A stretch of DNA of 63,880 nucleotides, counting the filler, from an uncultured Acidimicrobiia bacterium (GTDB taxonomy: Bacteria; Actinomycetota; Acidimicrobiia; Spongiisociales; JAOTWH01), in NCBI GenBank assembly GCA_964347285.1. It is 8 parts of 8 records of this genome, joined end to end, with 100 filler letters (N's around TTAATTAATTAA, not from the genome) between each part and the next. Parts side by side here need not be neighbours in the genome. Positions count along the whole stretch, not along the records: positions 17,662 to 26,180 come from CAYFYE010000098.1; positions 26,281 to 34,733 come from CAYFYE010000099.1; 6 more parts are not named here. One strand, written 5' to 3'. Position 1 is the first letter of the stretch; every line of letters starts with the position of its first letter. Below the pieces are notes generated by a model, which saw nothing but the letters and a program-made list of their open reading frames with translations, had not been told where the DNA came from and searched no databases. The position numbers and the translations under genes were made by a program. Positions 17,662-27,617 of the stretch are shown here, one piece after another.

Positions 17662-20510
17662 GAGTCGTTCTGAGCCACCGGGGCGTCGTTGACGGCGGTG
17701 ACGGTCAGAGTGACGGTGGCGGTATCCCAACCCCCGGCGCCGTCGCTGGCGGTGTAGGTGAAGGAGTCGATTCCCTCGAAGTGGGGGTTCGGGATGTACG
17801 TTAACGAGCCGTCGGGGGCAAGCGATACCGCGCCGTTGGCCGCCCCACTGGCAATCGACGCTGCGAGCGGATCCCCATCCACATCGGTGTCGTTGCCGAG
17901 AACCCCCGGCGCGGGCACCACCAGCGGCGATTCTTCCTGTGTCGTATAGGAGTCACTGCCCGCCTTGGGGGCATCGTTGGTCGGTTTCACCGTGATGGTT
18001 ACAGCGACCGTCGCGGATCCCCCTCGGCCGTCGCTCACCGTGTAGTCGAACGAGTCGGTCCCGTTGTAGTCGGGCGCCGGTGTGTATTGGAGGCTGCCCA
18101 GGGCAACCGTGCCGCCCGCACTCGTGATTGCGTCGAATGAAGCCACAACCAGCGGATCCCCGTCGGGATCGGTGGCGCCGGCCAGTGGATCGAAACTGAC
18201 CATTGTGTCCTCGTCCGTCGTGAGCGGTCCCGGTCCCGGTACCACTGGCGGAGCGTTCACCTCGACGACGTCGACGGTGACGGTGACCACGACCGTGGTC
18301 GATCCGTCGGAGACGGAGTAGCTGAACGCGTCGCTTCCGACGAAGTGGGCGGTCGGGGCGTAGGTGATGGTGCTATCGCCGTGTTTGGTGATCGTGGCGC
18401 CTTCGGCGCTCATTGCCGGCGCCGCCACGGTGAGCGAATCACCGTCGGCATCGAATGCGCCTTGGAGGGCGTTGAAAGTGAAAGTGCCATCCTCGGGCAC
18501 GACGATCGACCCGGGCCCGGGCACGACCGGAGCATCGTTCACCGGGGTCACCGTGACCGACACCGCGGCGGTACCGCATTCGGCGCCGGCGTCGCACAGC
18601 GTGTACGTGAACTCGTCCATGCCGTTGTAGTCGGGGTCGGGTGTGAACGTGACCGTTCCGTTGGTGTTGGGTGCGGCCTTCCCGTTGGCCGGCCCGACGA
18701 CTATCCGCAAACTGCCGAAATCGAGGAGGCCCTCGAGATCGACGTCGTTGCTGGCGACGGCGATTGCCGCTTGGGCGTCCTCTTTCACCGTCGCTGTATC
18801 GTCGGCGAGGTCGGGTGGGTCGTTGACCGGGGTGACCTCGATGCTCACCCGTGCCGTTGCGGTGTTGCCGTACACGTCGTCCACTGCGTACATGAAGCCA
18901 TCCCGCCCCGAGAAGTCGGACGCCGGGGCGTAGGTGATCGTCCCCGACCGGGAAGCAACGACTGCCGCGCCGTTCGGGGGAGCAACGGTCATCCTCAGCG
19001 AGGCGCGATCCAGGTCGCCGCCGTCGTTGCCCAGGACATCCACCGTGATGCGACCGTCTTCGGGAACCGAGGCGGCGTCGTCGACGGCAACTGCATGCGC
19101 ACCGGGGGTCACCTCGACCGATACGTCGGCCACACCCAGCACCTGCCCCCTCTTGCTCACCGCATAGGTGAAGGAATCAGTGCCGTAGAAGCCCGGATTG
19201 GGCACGTAGGTGACGGTCCCGTCCGTGTTGATGACCACGGTCCCGAATTCGGGTCCGTCGACTATCGACACCACGGCCCCGTCGACCACCTGGTCGTTGG
19301 CGAGGACGGAGATCGTGGTCGCCCGGCCCTCCACCGTCGCACCGCTGTCGGCGGCAACCATGTACTCGACGACGACCGGCTCGGGCTCTGGGACGATGGG
19401 CTCGTCGGGGATGTTGAGGATGCCGGCCCCCACCACTCCGGCGGCCGCAGTAGCCGCAAGCCCGGCCACGCCCACGGTTGTGCCGATCTGCTGCACAGCG
19501 CCTACGAAGTTGAGGAACGGCAGCTGGGCCAGCCAGGACAGCGGACCGGCCACCCAGCGGAGCCGTCCCACCGACAGGCTGAGGAAGGCCCGGACGACGC
19601 CAGCGTCGAACTGGGCACCGGCGTGGCGGGCCAGCTCCTCGCGCGCCATGGCAGCCGGCACTGGTTTCTTGTACGAGCGCACGGTCGTCATCACGTCGTA
19701 GGCATCGGCGACACAGACGATGCGGCCGCCGAGGGAGATCTCCTCACCCTTCTTCCCGGCCGGGTAGCCGGCGCCATCCCAGCGCTCGTGGTGGTCGGGG
19801 ATCGTGGCCGCCCAGTCCCCCAGCCACTCCATCAGCGGAGCGCAGATGTCGGCACCGAAGACCGGATGCTTGCGAACGACCTCCCACTCGTCGTCGTCGA
19901 GCCGCCCCGGCTTGTTCAGGATCTCGGCCGGGATCTTCAGCTTGCCGATGTCGTGCAGCAGCGAGGCCCACCGCAGCTTGGCCCGGCCCTCCTCAGCGAC
20001 GCCCATCTCCTCGGCGAGCATCTCGGTGTAAGCCCGCACCCGTTCCGCATGGCCACGGGTGCGCCGGTCGTGGGAGTTGAGAGCATTCGACAGCTGGAGG
20101 ATGAAGGCGGCCGCCTCGGTGGGGTCGTCCTGGAGACCTTTCTCCTCAGCCTTCTTTAGCTGAGCTTTGAGATGCTTGACCGACGAGCCGCTCTTGAGAG
20201 CGGTGCTGAAGCGTCGCGGCGCCCGGTCGGGAAAGACCATCGTCAGCTGCATCAGGGCCGCCAGAGGCAGAAGACGTCGCGCGCCCCGGTCGACCACGAA
20301 GAGCACCGTGGTCGACACCGCAATGATGAGCAGCCACCACCCCAAGAGCGTCCACAGCGTCGAGGGGGTGGGCAGCGCCTTGCTCAGCCAGATCGAGGCC
20401 CCGATCGATGTCATGATCGGAACGATGAAGACCGAGGTTCGAACGATGAAGGCAAGCACCGGCCGCCCTTGCCAACGGCCGGCACCTTCCGATGCCGGTT
20501 CTCTGCCCAT
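17662..20510 (-). CDS. Membrane HD-GYP phosphodiesterase fused to at least 6 cadherin-like/Big_9 Ig repeats (3' partial)
   Basis: N-terminal TMs; HDRRTRGH, LLHDIGK, HHERWDGAGYP and ADAYDVMT..RSY; hydrophobic linker; repeats VNDAP..EDG..ND.D..TYTP..GTDSFTY. Confidence 0.9.
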
Positions 20511-20637
20511 GGCACCTCGACGAGTGTTGCTGCGCAGCAGGGTCCGGCGGTGCCGGACTAGACACCGATGCCATCGGCTAATGGGGAGCCGAACTTGAAG
20601 CAGTTGAACCGGGGAGTCGACCCCTTCCCGGCACCGC

Positions 20638-21873
20638 TCAAGGACGTGGACCGATCTCCACGAGTCGCTCGATGGCCCGGTAGGCCCTCTCCGAGAAGTC
20701 GGGGTCGTCGGGATCCAGCAAGTTGGCCATCACCTTCAACACGAACTCCATCGCAGGTCGCACCCGCATCCCGGCCCGCGTGAGCGATCGCATCACGCTC
20801 GGCGTCCCGATGAGCCGCAGAAAGGCTCGAGCCACCCCGTTGTACGCCTCGTAAGTATCGGCCAGCTCCTGGGCGTAGCCGTGGAGACGGCTGAGATCAC
20901 CGGTGCCCAGGGCCGCCGAGATGTGGGCGGCGGCCATCCGTCCCGTCTCGTAGGCGTAGTCGATTCCTTCCCCGGTGAACGGGTTGATCGCCCCGACGGC
21001 ATCGCCGACCAGCAGCCAATTGGGCCCGACCTTGGGCCCCACCGAAAGTGACATCGGGAGCTTGCCCCCCCTGGGCTCGGTGAGGGCCGACTGCGCCGTG
21101 ATCTCCCAATAGTCGGGCAGGGTGGCGACGAGCAACTCCATGAGACTGGAGGTATTGATGTCCTTCCACCCTTTGAAGGTGGACATGACTCCCACCCCCA
21201 CATTCACCGTGCCGTCGCCGAGCGGGAACAGCCATCCGTAACCGGCCACCGATCGGCCGGCCTGATCGGGGATGCCCAGGTGGCTCTCGAGGTACTGGTC
21301 GTTCGACCGGGGGGTGGAGAAGTAGCCCCTGGCAGCCAGCCCGTACGGAAGGCTCCGGTCGCGGTAGACGCCCAGCGCCCGTCCGAAGCGGGACAGCGAT
21401 CCATCGGCGATCACCACGATTTCGGGCTCGACGCGCTCGATCTCTTCGCCATCCACGAGGTCGACTGCGGTCAGGACGCCTTCCTCGATCACCGGGCGGG
21501 CCTCGGTGCGCTGGCGCACCACCGCACCCTGCTTCTCGGCGAGGCCGACCACCCGGCCGTCGAGGTCGGCTCGCCTGATCACCCCGCCCCAGGACGGGAA
21601 GCGGGAATGCTCCGGCCAGGGCAGCTCGAGCATCAGGTCCCCCGCATAGGCCCGCAGCCCGACGATGCGGTGAAACTCGGGAAGCGAGAAATCGAAGCCC
21701 ATTTCGGTCAGCTCGTAGATGGCGCGCGGGGTGAGTCCGTCGCCGCAGACTTTGGGGCGCGGGAACTCTTTCTTCTCGACGACCACCACCCCATGCCCGT
21801 TGCGGGCCAGCCAGTAGGCGGCAGCGGCTCCGCCGGGGCCGGCGCCGACCACCAGGACTTCAGGGGAGGGCAT
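20638..21873 (-). CDS. Geranylgeranyl reductase family FAD oxidoreductase (MenJ-like)
   Basis: VVGAGPGG, FPRPKVCGDGLTPRA, GYGWLFP and GDAVGAINPFTGEGI. Confidence 0.9.
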   Translation of the reverse strand: MPSPEVLVVGAGPGGAAAAYWLARNGHGVVVVEKKEFPRPKVCGDGLTPRAIYELTEMGFDFSLPEFHRIVGLRAYAGDLMLELPWPEHSRFPSWGGVIRRADLDGRVVGLAEKQGAVVRQRTEARPVIEEGVLTAVDLVDGEEIERVEPEIVVIADGSLSRFGRALGVYRDRSLPYGLAARGYFSTPRSNDQYLESHLGIPDQAGRSVAGYGWLFPLGDGTVNVGVGVMSTFKGWKDINTSSLMELLVATLPDYWEITAQSALTEPRGGKLPMSLSVGPKVGPNWLLVGDAVGAINPFTGEGIDYAYETGRMAAAHISAALGTGDLSRLHGYAQELADTYEAYNGVARAFLRLIGTPSVMRSLTRAGMRVRPAMEFVLKVMANLLDPDDPDFSERAYRAIERLVEIGPRP

Positions 21874-21910
21874 GGTCGGAGGCTACCGCCGGAGTCGGCC
21901 TACCCCAGGC

Positions 21911-22825
21911 TCAGGGAGCGGCGGCGGTCATCTCGCCCTCGCCCTCTCCGGCGCCGATCTCCAGGAGCCCGCATTCCTCTTCGGCAGAGGCCAGGTCCTG
22001 ACCGCCGTGGCTCACCCGCTCGAAGAGCACCACCGAGCCCAGCTCCTCTTCGGACAGCGTGTCGCCGAAGGCCGGCATTTGGGCACCGCTCCCGCCCAGC
22101 GGCTTGGCTGTGGCTCCATAGGTCGGCTCCGGCCAGCCCAGCGTGCCCACCCGCACCCATTCGACGTGATCGGTGCACGAGCCCTCCGGGAACGTGACCA
22201 ACACCTCACCTCCGGCCAGGGCGGGGAAGTTCCCGCCCCCCTGACCCTCGGAGCCGTGGCAGGCCGAGCAGATCGACCCGTAGATCTCCTCACCTATGGC
22301 CAAGAAGTTCAGGGACTCCTCGCCGAATGCCGTGCCGTCGCAATTGACCGCCTCTCCGGTGGCCGGGTCGACCAGGAGCTGAGCGCCGACTCCGCATTCG
22401 GGGCCGTTGGGGAAGAACAGGGCATAGAAGAGGGCGATCGCCGGCACGATCATGAACGTCGCCGCCAGCCAGGCAGGGATGGCCAGGGGCCGAGCGGCCT
22501 CCTCCGGCTCTTCGGGAATCTCCTCGGGCTCCTCCTCCTCCACCCACGGGGCCTCGGGGGCGAGCACCTCGACCTCCGGTCCGGCGGGCTCGGCCGGGGC
22601 GGCGGGCTCGGCCGGGGCGGCGGGGGGCGCCGCGGCTTCCTCGGCCGCCTCGGCGGGGGCTGCTTCGGCGGGTGCTGCCGCGGCGATCTCGCCTCCTCCG
22701 GCCCAGGCGGTCAGCACCGCCTCCACCGGGACGCCGTCGGCAGCCGCTCGGGCCCGGGCAGAGCGCTCGACCATTCCCGGAGGGAACCCCAGCACCTCGG
22801 CCGCTCTTTCAACCAGCTCTTCCAA
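21911..22825 (-). CDS. Membrane-anchored monoheme cytochrome c
   Basis: Helical N-domain, Ala/Pro/Glu linker, one TM, then CSACH and distal QMPAFG. Confidence 0.88.
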   Translation of the reverse strand: MEELVERAAEVLGFPPGMVERSARARAAADGVPVEAVLTAWAGGGEIAAAAPAEAAPAEAAEEAAAPPAAPAEPAAPAEPAGPEVEVLAPEAPWVEEEEPEEIPEEPEEAARPLAIPAWLAATFMIVPAIALFYALFFPNGPECGVGAQLLVDPATGEAVNCDGTAFGEESLNFLAIGEEIYGSICSACHGSEGQGGGNFPALAGGEVLVTFPEGSCTDHVEWVRVGTLGWPEPTYGATAKPLGGSGAQMPAFGDTLSEEELGSVVLFERVSHGGQDLASAEEECGLLEIGAGEGEGEMTAAAP

Positions 22826-22835
22826 GGCGGCGCTC

Positions 22836-24752
22836 CTATTCCAGAGCGGACACGTACAGGCCGACCGCAGTGAGGTCGGCGTCGCTCAGGTAGTCGTAGG
22901 ACGGCATGATCGACCAGGACCGGGCCCCCGGGCCGGTGCGCGGCGAGCGGAGGTGGGCAATGACCCAGGTCGCCTCATCGGTCGGGCTGCGCGCCCCCGC
23001 ATGGGTGAGATCGGGGCCGATACGCACCGACCCCAACAAGGGTGGGACCTCCAGCGCGTAATCCCCGGGCAGGGACACGGGCCCGAGGTCCACGTCGGTG
23101 ATGATCGGGCGGACTTGCTGGGTGTGGCAGTACATGCACCCTTCGCGCACATAGACGTCTCGCCCCACGGCTTCCACCGATCCCGATGCGAAGTCGAGCA
23201 CTTCGGCTCGGGCCGTGGGCCGGCGATGTGAGATCTCGAGGGACGGAATCAAGAAGACGGCTACTGCGGCCAGGACGAACAGGCCCACCGCCCCTCGCAC
23301 CACCGTGACGGTCGGGATGGGACGGGCCGGTTCCGCGTTGGAATCCGGCGGTTCCTCGACGGGACCCCGGACGGCGGATTCCTCTGGTTCGGTTGCGCCC
23401 CGTCTCATCGCAACCATCAGCCCGAACAGAACCTGGGCGCCCAGCACCACGACCAAACCGACGGCGGCAACGACATGCCAGGCCCCCATGGGCTCCACCG
23501 AGTTGATGAACCCCTGGCCGACCGACGCCACCCCCTCGGAACGGGCGTCGGCGAGCCATGTGAACCCCTGCTGTAAGCCGGCCGCCGACTCGGCCACCAA
23601 CGCCAGGCCCAGCCCGACGATCGTGAACCACCAGTGGGCGCGGGCCACCGGGACCGCCCCCGGTGCCCAGGCCTGGTAGACGAAAGCGAACAACCACATC
23701 GAGGCCACCCCGAGGATCACCAGCAACTCGAAGGCGACCTTCCACCCGGTGAACTGGACGACGGCGCTGGGAGACCGCAGCGCCTCCACCAGGTTCGCCA
23801 CCGGCAGAAGTGCCAGAAAGCAGGCGCCGGTGACCAGGAAGCGCCGGGCCGCCGATGCCGGCCCAGAGACGGCGCCCCGCAACGAGCCGGCCAGATCACT
23901 CACCACCGCCCACAGGGGCACGACCAGAACGAAGGAGAAGACGATGGCCACGGTCTCCAGCCAATCGGGTAGCGGTCCGAACACCCCGAACCGGGGGGCG
24001 ATCCAGGCGGTGACGAATGCGAACGACCAAAAGGCGATCTGGCTCACCCTGGTACCGAGCGGACCACGCCCGGAGACCCGGCCCGCCACGTAGTAGGCCA
24101 GTCCGATGGCGGCTCCCACCAACCCCAGCAGCGCCAAGGCGGTGAACCCGAACCAGTACTGGAGCGCCGAGTTGACCCCCCTTAGTCCGGGAACGGCGCC
24201 GGCCAGGAGGGCCAGCGGAACCCACCACACCGCCGCAACCAGGAACCACTGGGCGGCCGCCGACGATCCCTCGTCCTCCCTCATGGTCCTGGTCACGATG
24301 TAGGCCGAGACGAAGAACGAGAGCGTGACCACCACGTCCGACCACCACGGCAGCTCGAAGAAGGGGAGGCCCTGATTGCCTCCGGCGGCCACGGCAACGA
24401 TGCCGGCCAGCAAGCCCGAGGCTCCCAGGACGAGGTTGGCCCGGGCCAGCGGTTCCTTCCACAGCCTGAGCCCGCCCAACCGGGGAATGACGTAGTAGGC
24501 CGCCCCCACCAAACCGAGGCCCAGCCAGCCCAGAAGAAGCGCATTGGTGGCCACCGGGCGGACCCGGCCGAAGCTCAAGAACGCGGTGCCGCCCAAGAAC
24601 TGCGGCCACACCATCTGGACGGCGTTGACGGAAGCCGCCAGCAGGCCCAGGACCAGGAAACCGATGGCGACCGCGACATGGGCCCTGGCAGCGGAGTCGG
24701 AAGGGACGGTCGGCGCGTCCGTACCATCGCCCGGTTGGGCTATTGAGGTCAC
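22836..24752 (-). CDS. CcoN-like membrane scaffold lacking metal-ligand His, fused to a CcoO/FixO-type cytochrome c
   Basis: CcoN-like landmarks LSFGRVRP, AYYVIPRL, GPLPDWL and VQFTGW; C-terminal GRDVYVREGCMYCHTQQVRP...GSVRIGPDL...SIMPSY. GTG start at 24752 with GGAGGAG RBS. Confidence 0.85.
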   Translation of the reverse strand: MTSIAQPGDGTDAPTVPSDSAARAHVAVAIGFLVLGLLAASVNAVQMVWPQFLGGTAFLSFGRVRPVATNALLLGWLGLGLVGAAYYVIPRLGGLRLWKEPLARANLVLGASGLLAGIVAVAAGGNQGLPFFELPWWSDVVVTLSFFVSAYIVTRTMREDEGSSAAAQWFLVAAVWWVPLALLAGAVPGLRGVNSALQYWFGFTALALLGLVGAAIGLAYYVAGRVSGRGPLGTRVSQIAFWSFAFVTAWIAPRFGVFGPLPDWLETVAIVFSFVLVVPLWAVVSDLAGSLRGAVSGPASAARRFLVTGACFLALLPVANLVEALRSPSAVVQFTGWKVAFELLVILGVASMWLFAFVYQAWAPGAVPVARAHWWFTIVGLGLALVAESAAGLQQGFTWLADARSEGVASVGQGFINSVEPMGAWHVVAAVGLVVVLGAQVLFGLMVAMRRGATEPEESAVRGPVEEPPDSNAEPARPIPTVTVVRGAVGLFVLAAVAVFLIPSLEISHRRPTARAEVLDFASGSVEAVGRDVYVREGCMYCHTQQVRPIITDVDLGPVSLPGDYALEVPPLLGSVRIGPDLTHAGARSPTDEATWVIAHLRSPRTGPGARSWSIMPSYDYLSDADLTAVGLYVSALE

Positions 24753-24921
24753 GTCGGCCCGCTCCTCCCACTCATCGACGGGTGCCCCGAGACCGCCTCC
24801 GGCCCGGCGCGGCGCCGCATTGTCCTCGGTGATCGGGTAATCGTCAAAGCTCACTGCACGGCAGTTTCTTGCGGCCGGCACGCCACTTACAATGTGCCGC
24901 CGCTGCCCCTAGGAAGAGCCG

Positions 24922-25509
24922 GTGGACGACGTACAGCGCAGACGCCTCGGTGTGGTGGGCCTGGTTGCGGGCCTCCTGGTGTTCACCCTGGGATGGCTGG
25001 CCGCCCACTTCACCGGGCTCCCCGAGCAGAACTCGGTGGGCCAGGACATCTACCCGGCCATACCGCGCGGGTGGCAGTGGGTGACGCTGTCCAAGATCGT
25101 GGCCCTCATCGGCGGCCAGATCGCCATGGCCGCGGTCGTGGTGGGGTGGTTGTGGGAACGGCCGATGACCTGGGCCCGGGCCAGCGTCGGGGCGCTCCTG
25201 TTCTCCCTCGAGATCCTCATCGTCTTCGCCTTCATACCCAACGAATGGTTGGGCCTGACCCAGGGCGAATTCGAATGGACCTCCCAGAAGATCGCATTCA
25301 CGATCCCTCCGTGGCTGGTGCTCAACAACACCGTGGAGATCAGCTATGGAGCAATCAAGGACGTGGTCTCGGGTACGTACAGTGCCGTAGCCCTCGGGGC
25401 GCTGCTGGTGATCGTCTATCAGGTGCAAGAACGCGGCAAGAAGAAGGCCGCAGAGCCGCCGATCAAGCTCTCCGACTACGGGCGGCCGATGGTGAGGGGG
25501 GGCCGGTAG
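24922..25509 (+). CDS. Conserved hypothetical membrane protein upstream of the ferredoxin and cytochrome b genes
   Basis: About 4 TMs; motifs RPMTWARA, FIPNEWL and LSDYGRPM; abuts the ferredoxin gene. Confidence 0.78.
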   Translation: MDDVQRRRLGVVGLVAGLLVFTLGWLAAHFTGLPEQNSVGQDIYPAIPRGWQWVTLSKIVALIGGQIAMAAVVVGWLWERPMTWARASVGALLFSLEILIVFAFIPNEWLGLTQGEFEWTSQKIAFTIPPWLVLNNTVEISYGAIKDVVSGTYSAVALGALLVIVYQVQERGKKKAAEPPIKLSDYGRPMVRGGR

Positions 25510-25956
25510 ATGGCAAAGGCCGATGTCTGGTTCGAAACCCCGCCGTTTCGTGACGATTACCAGCTGGTCGAGGTCGACGGCGAATACTTGAAGACGGCGG
25601 TCAAGCCGAAACAGTTCCTCCACATCGACCAGGCGGAGTGCATTCTGTGCGAGGGCTGCGTCGACATCTGCCCGTGGAAGTGCATCCACTACCTCTCCGT
25701 CGAGGCGATCGCCGAAGCGACCAACACGGTCGACCCCGGCGCCGACGCCGAGGCGAAAGGGATCTTCGTGGTCGACGAAGACGAGTGCACTCGCTGTGCG
25801 CTGTGCATCGACCGGTGCCCAACCGGCGTGATCACCCTCGGCAAGTTCGAGGGGTCGCTGGCCGACCAGGTGGTGCAGGCCGGCTTGGCACCGTGGGAGA
25901 CCGACACCGGCCAGCGTGATTTCAAGAACGGGTACGCCTACGGCATGCGGTGGTGA
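25510..25956 (+). CDS. 2[4Fe-4S] dicluster ferredoxin-like protein
   Basis: CILCEGCVDICP and CTRCALCIDRCP. Confidence 0.93.
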   Translation: MAKADVWFETPPFRDDYQLVEVDGEYLKTAVKPKQFLHIDQAECILCEGCVDICPWKCIHYLSVEAIAEATNTVDPGADAEAKGIFVVDEDECTRCALCIDRCPTGVITLGKFEGSLADQVVQAGLAPWETDTGQRDFKNGYAYGMRW

Positions 25957-25960
25957 CGCA

Positions 25961-26180
25961 TTGACAGACGGCAACGGAGCGGGGAACGGAAGGATCAGAC
26001 TGCGGGAGCGCCTGTCGGAGGCGGCCGGCCGGGTGCGCTCCAGTCAGGTGTGGTCGAGCGTGTTCCGGCCCGGCTCACCGTTCCGGGAGGGGTACGCCGA
26101 CAGCCCCCGCAACCGCTCGTACGTGATCATGAACAACGTGCTGTATCACCTCCACCCGGTGAAGGTGAAGCGGCACGGCG
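25961..26180 (+). CDS. Cytochrome b (b6-like) N-terminus (3' partial)
   Basis: VWSSVFR...DSPRNRSYVIMNNVLYHLHPVKVKRH, resembling the N-terminal extension of bc-complex cytochrome b in this clade. Confidence 0.68.
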
Positions 26181-26280
26181 NNNNNNNNNNNNNNNNNNNN
26201 NNNNNNNNNNNNNNNNNNNNNNNNTTAATTAATTAANNNNNNNNNNNNNNNNNNNNNNNNNNNNNNNNNNNNNNNNNNNN
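26181..26280. other. Artificial contig linker
   Basis: N44-TTAATTAATTAA-N44. Confidence 0.99.
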
Positions 26281-26354
26281 GGCACCGGCGCCAGGGCGCC
26301 GGCGACGACAATCGCAGTGAGCAGCGAGCCCAGGCTGATCTTGCGTTTTGACAT
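26281..26354 (-). CDS. Signal peptide of an exported protein (3' partial)
   Basis: MSKRKISLGSLLTAIVVAGALAPV after RBS GAGGAG. Confidence 0.6.
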
Positions 26355-26699
26355 CAGAGACTCCTCACCGAAAGCGGGATCCCACGGATGGGAACGAGAG
26401 CGACGACACCGAAGAGGATCAGGCGGCGGACGGCTCGTCGATCCGATATCCCTTCCCCCGGACGCGTAGCCCCCATGACCCGCCTCCTCCCGATCGATGT
26501 CTTTGCCCACAACGGTCGACGGCCCGATCGAGGTTGTATAGGGCCGAAAGTCACATCCAGTGGTCGAGGCCACCGGCCAGCCCACCGACGGTCGCCGGGG
26601 GCCGGACCCCAACGACGGGTCCGCCGAGAAGATGCGGCGTTTCTCTCTCCCGTGCCCGGCCCGAGCCCGGCCCGGCCCGGCCCGGTAGATTGGCGGCCG

Positions 26700-27617
26700 A
26701 TGGACCAGGCATCGGGCGTCGTGGAAGTCCCCGCCGAGGTCCCCGACGTGGTCGCCCCGTCGCCGCGCCGGCCGTGGCGGCAGGTCACGTGGGTCCGGCG
26801 CACCCTGGCTTTCCTGACGATCCTGGCCGCTCTCGTCGTGCTGTGGGAGCTCTACAAGCTGGTGTGGCGGGCCGCCGGCTGGCAGTGGCCGGTCAACCCC
26901 TCCAACGATTCGATGCCGCACACCTGGGACATCGCCGATGCCCTGTTCTCGCCGGCCCGACGCGGCGGAGAAGACATCTTGCTGGTCATCCTGTTGCGCT
27001 CGGCGCTGTTCACGTTTCGCTCGGCGGCGGTGGGCTTCGCCATCGGTGCGGTGATCGGCTTCGGAATGGCCGTGCTCTTCGTGCGCTCGGCGGTGGTCGA
27101 GCGGGGCCTGATGCCGTACGTCATCGCCTCCCAGACGGTCCCGCTCATCGCCATCGCCCCGATGGTGGTGATCTGGGGGGCCCAACTCGACCTGCCCCGC
27201 TGGCTCATGGTGTCGGTGATCGCCGCCTACCTGACGTTCTTTCCCGTGACGATCAACACCCTGCGGGGCCTACGCTCTCCGCCGGCGACCAGCGTCGAGA
27301 TGTTCCGGTCGTATGCCGCCCGGCCCGGCCAGCTGCTGTGGAAGCTCCAGGTGCCGGCGGCACTGCCGTTCATCTTCACCGCGCTCAAGATCTCGGCGAC
27401 GGCCAGCGTCATCGGGGCGATCATCGGCGAGCTGCCCGCCGGGCTCAGCGAAGGCCTGGGCCGACAGCTCCTCACCTTCATGTACTACTACATCTCGGGC
27501 CCGCCCAAGCTGTACGGTGCGATTCTGGTGGCCGCCCTGGTGGGGATCGTCTTCGTCGGGCTCGTCACCTTCGTCGAGCGGATGGTGCTGCCCCCGGCCC
27601 GGAGGCTGGAGACGTGA
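26700..27617 (+). CDS. ABC transporter permease (NitT/TauT family)
   Basis: ASQTVPLIAIAP, FFPVTINTLRGL and ALPFIFTALK. Confidence 0.92.
   Translation: MDQASGVVEVPAEVPDVVAPSPRRPWRQVTWVRRTLAFLTILAALVVLWELYKLVWRAAGWQWPVNPSNDSMPHTWDIADALFSPARRGGEDILLVILLRSALFTFRSAAVGFAIGAVIGFGMAVLFVRSAVVERGLMPYVIASQTVPLIAIAPMVVIWGAQLDLPRWLMVSVIAAYLTFFPVTINTLRGLRSPPATSVEMFRSYAARPGQLLWKLQVPAALPFIFTALKISATASVIGAIIGELPAGLSEGLGRQLLTFMYYYISGPPKLYGAILVAALVGIVFVGLVTFVERMVLPPARRLET

Noticed and set aside
18345..20159. Long antisense ORFs (also 28204-30528, 8836-10146, 60662-62266 and others)
   Set aside because: Shadow frames of real genes in high-GC DNA; no recognisable motifs or RBS.
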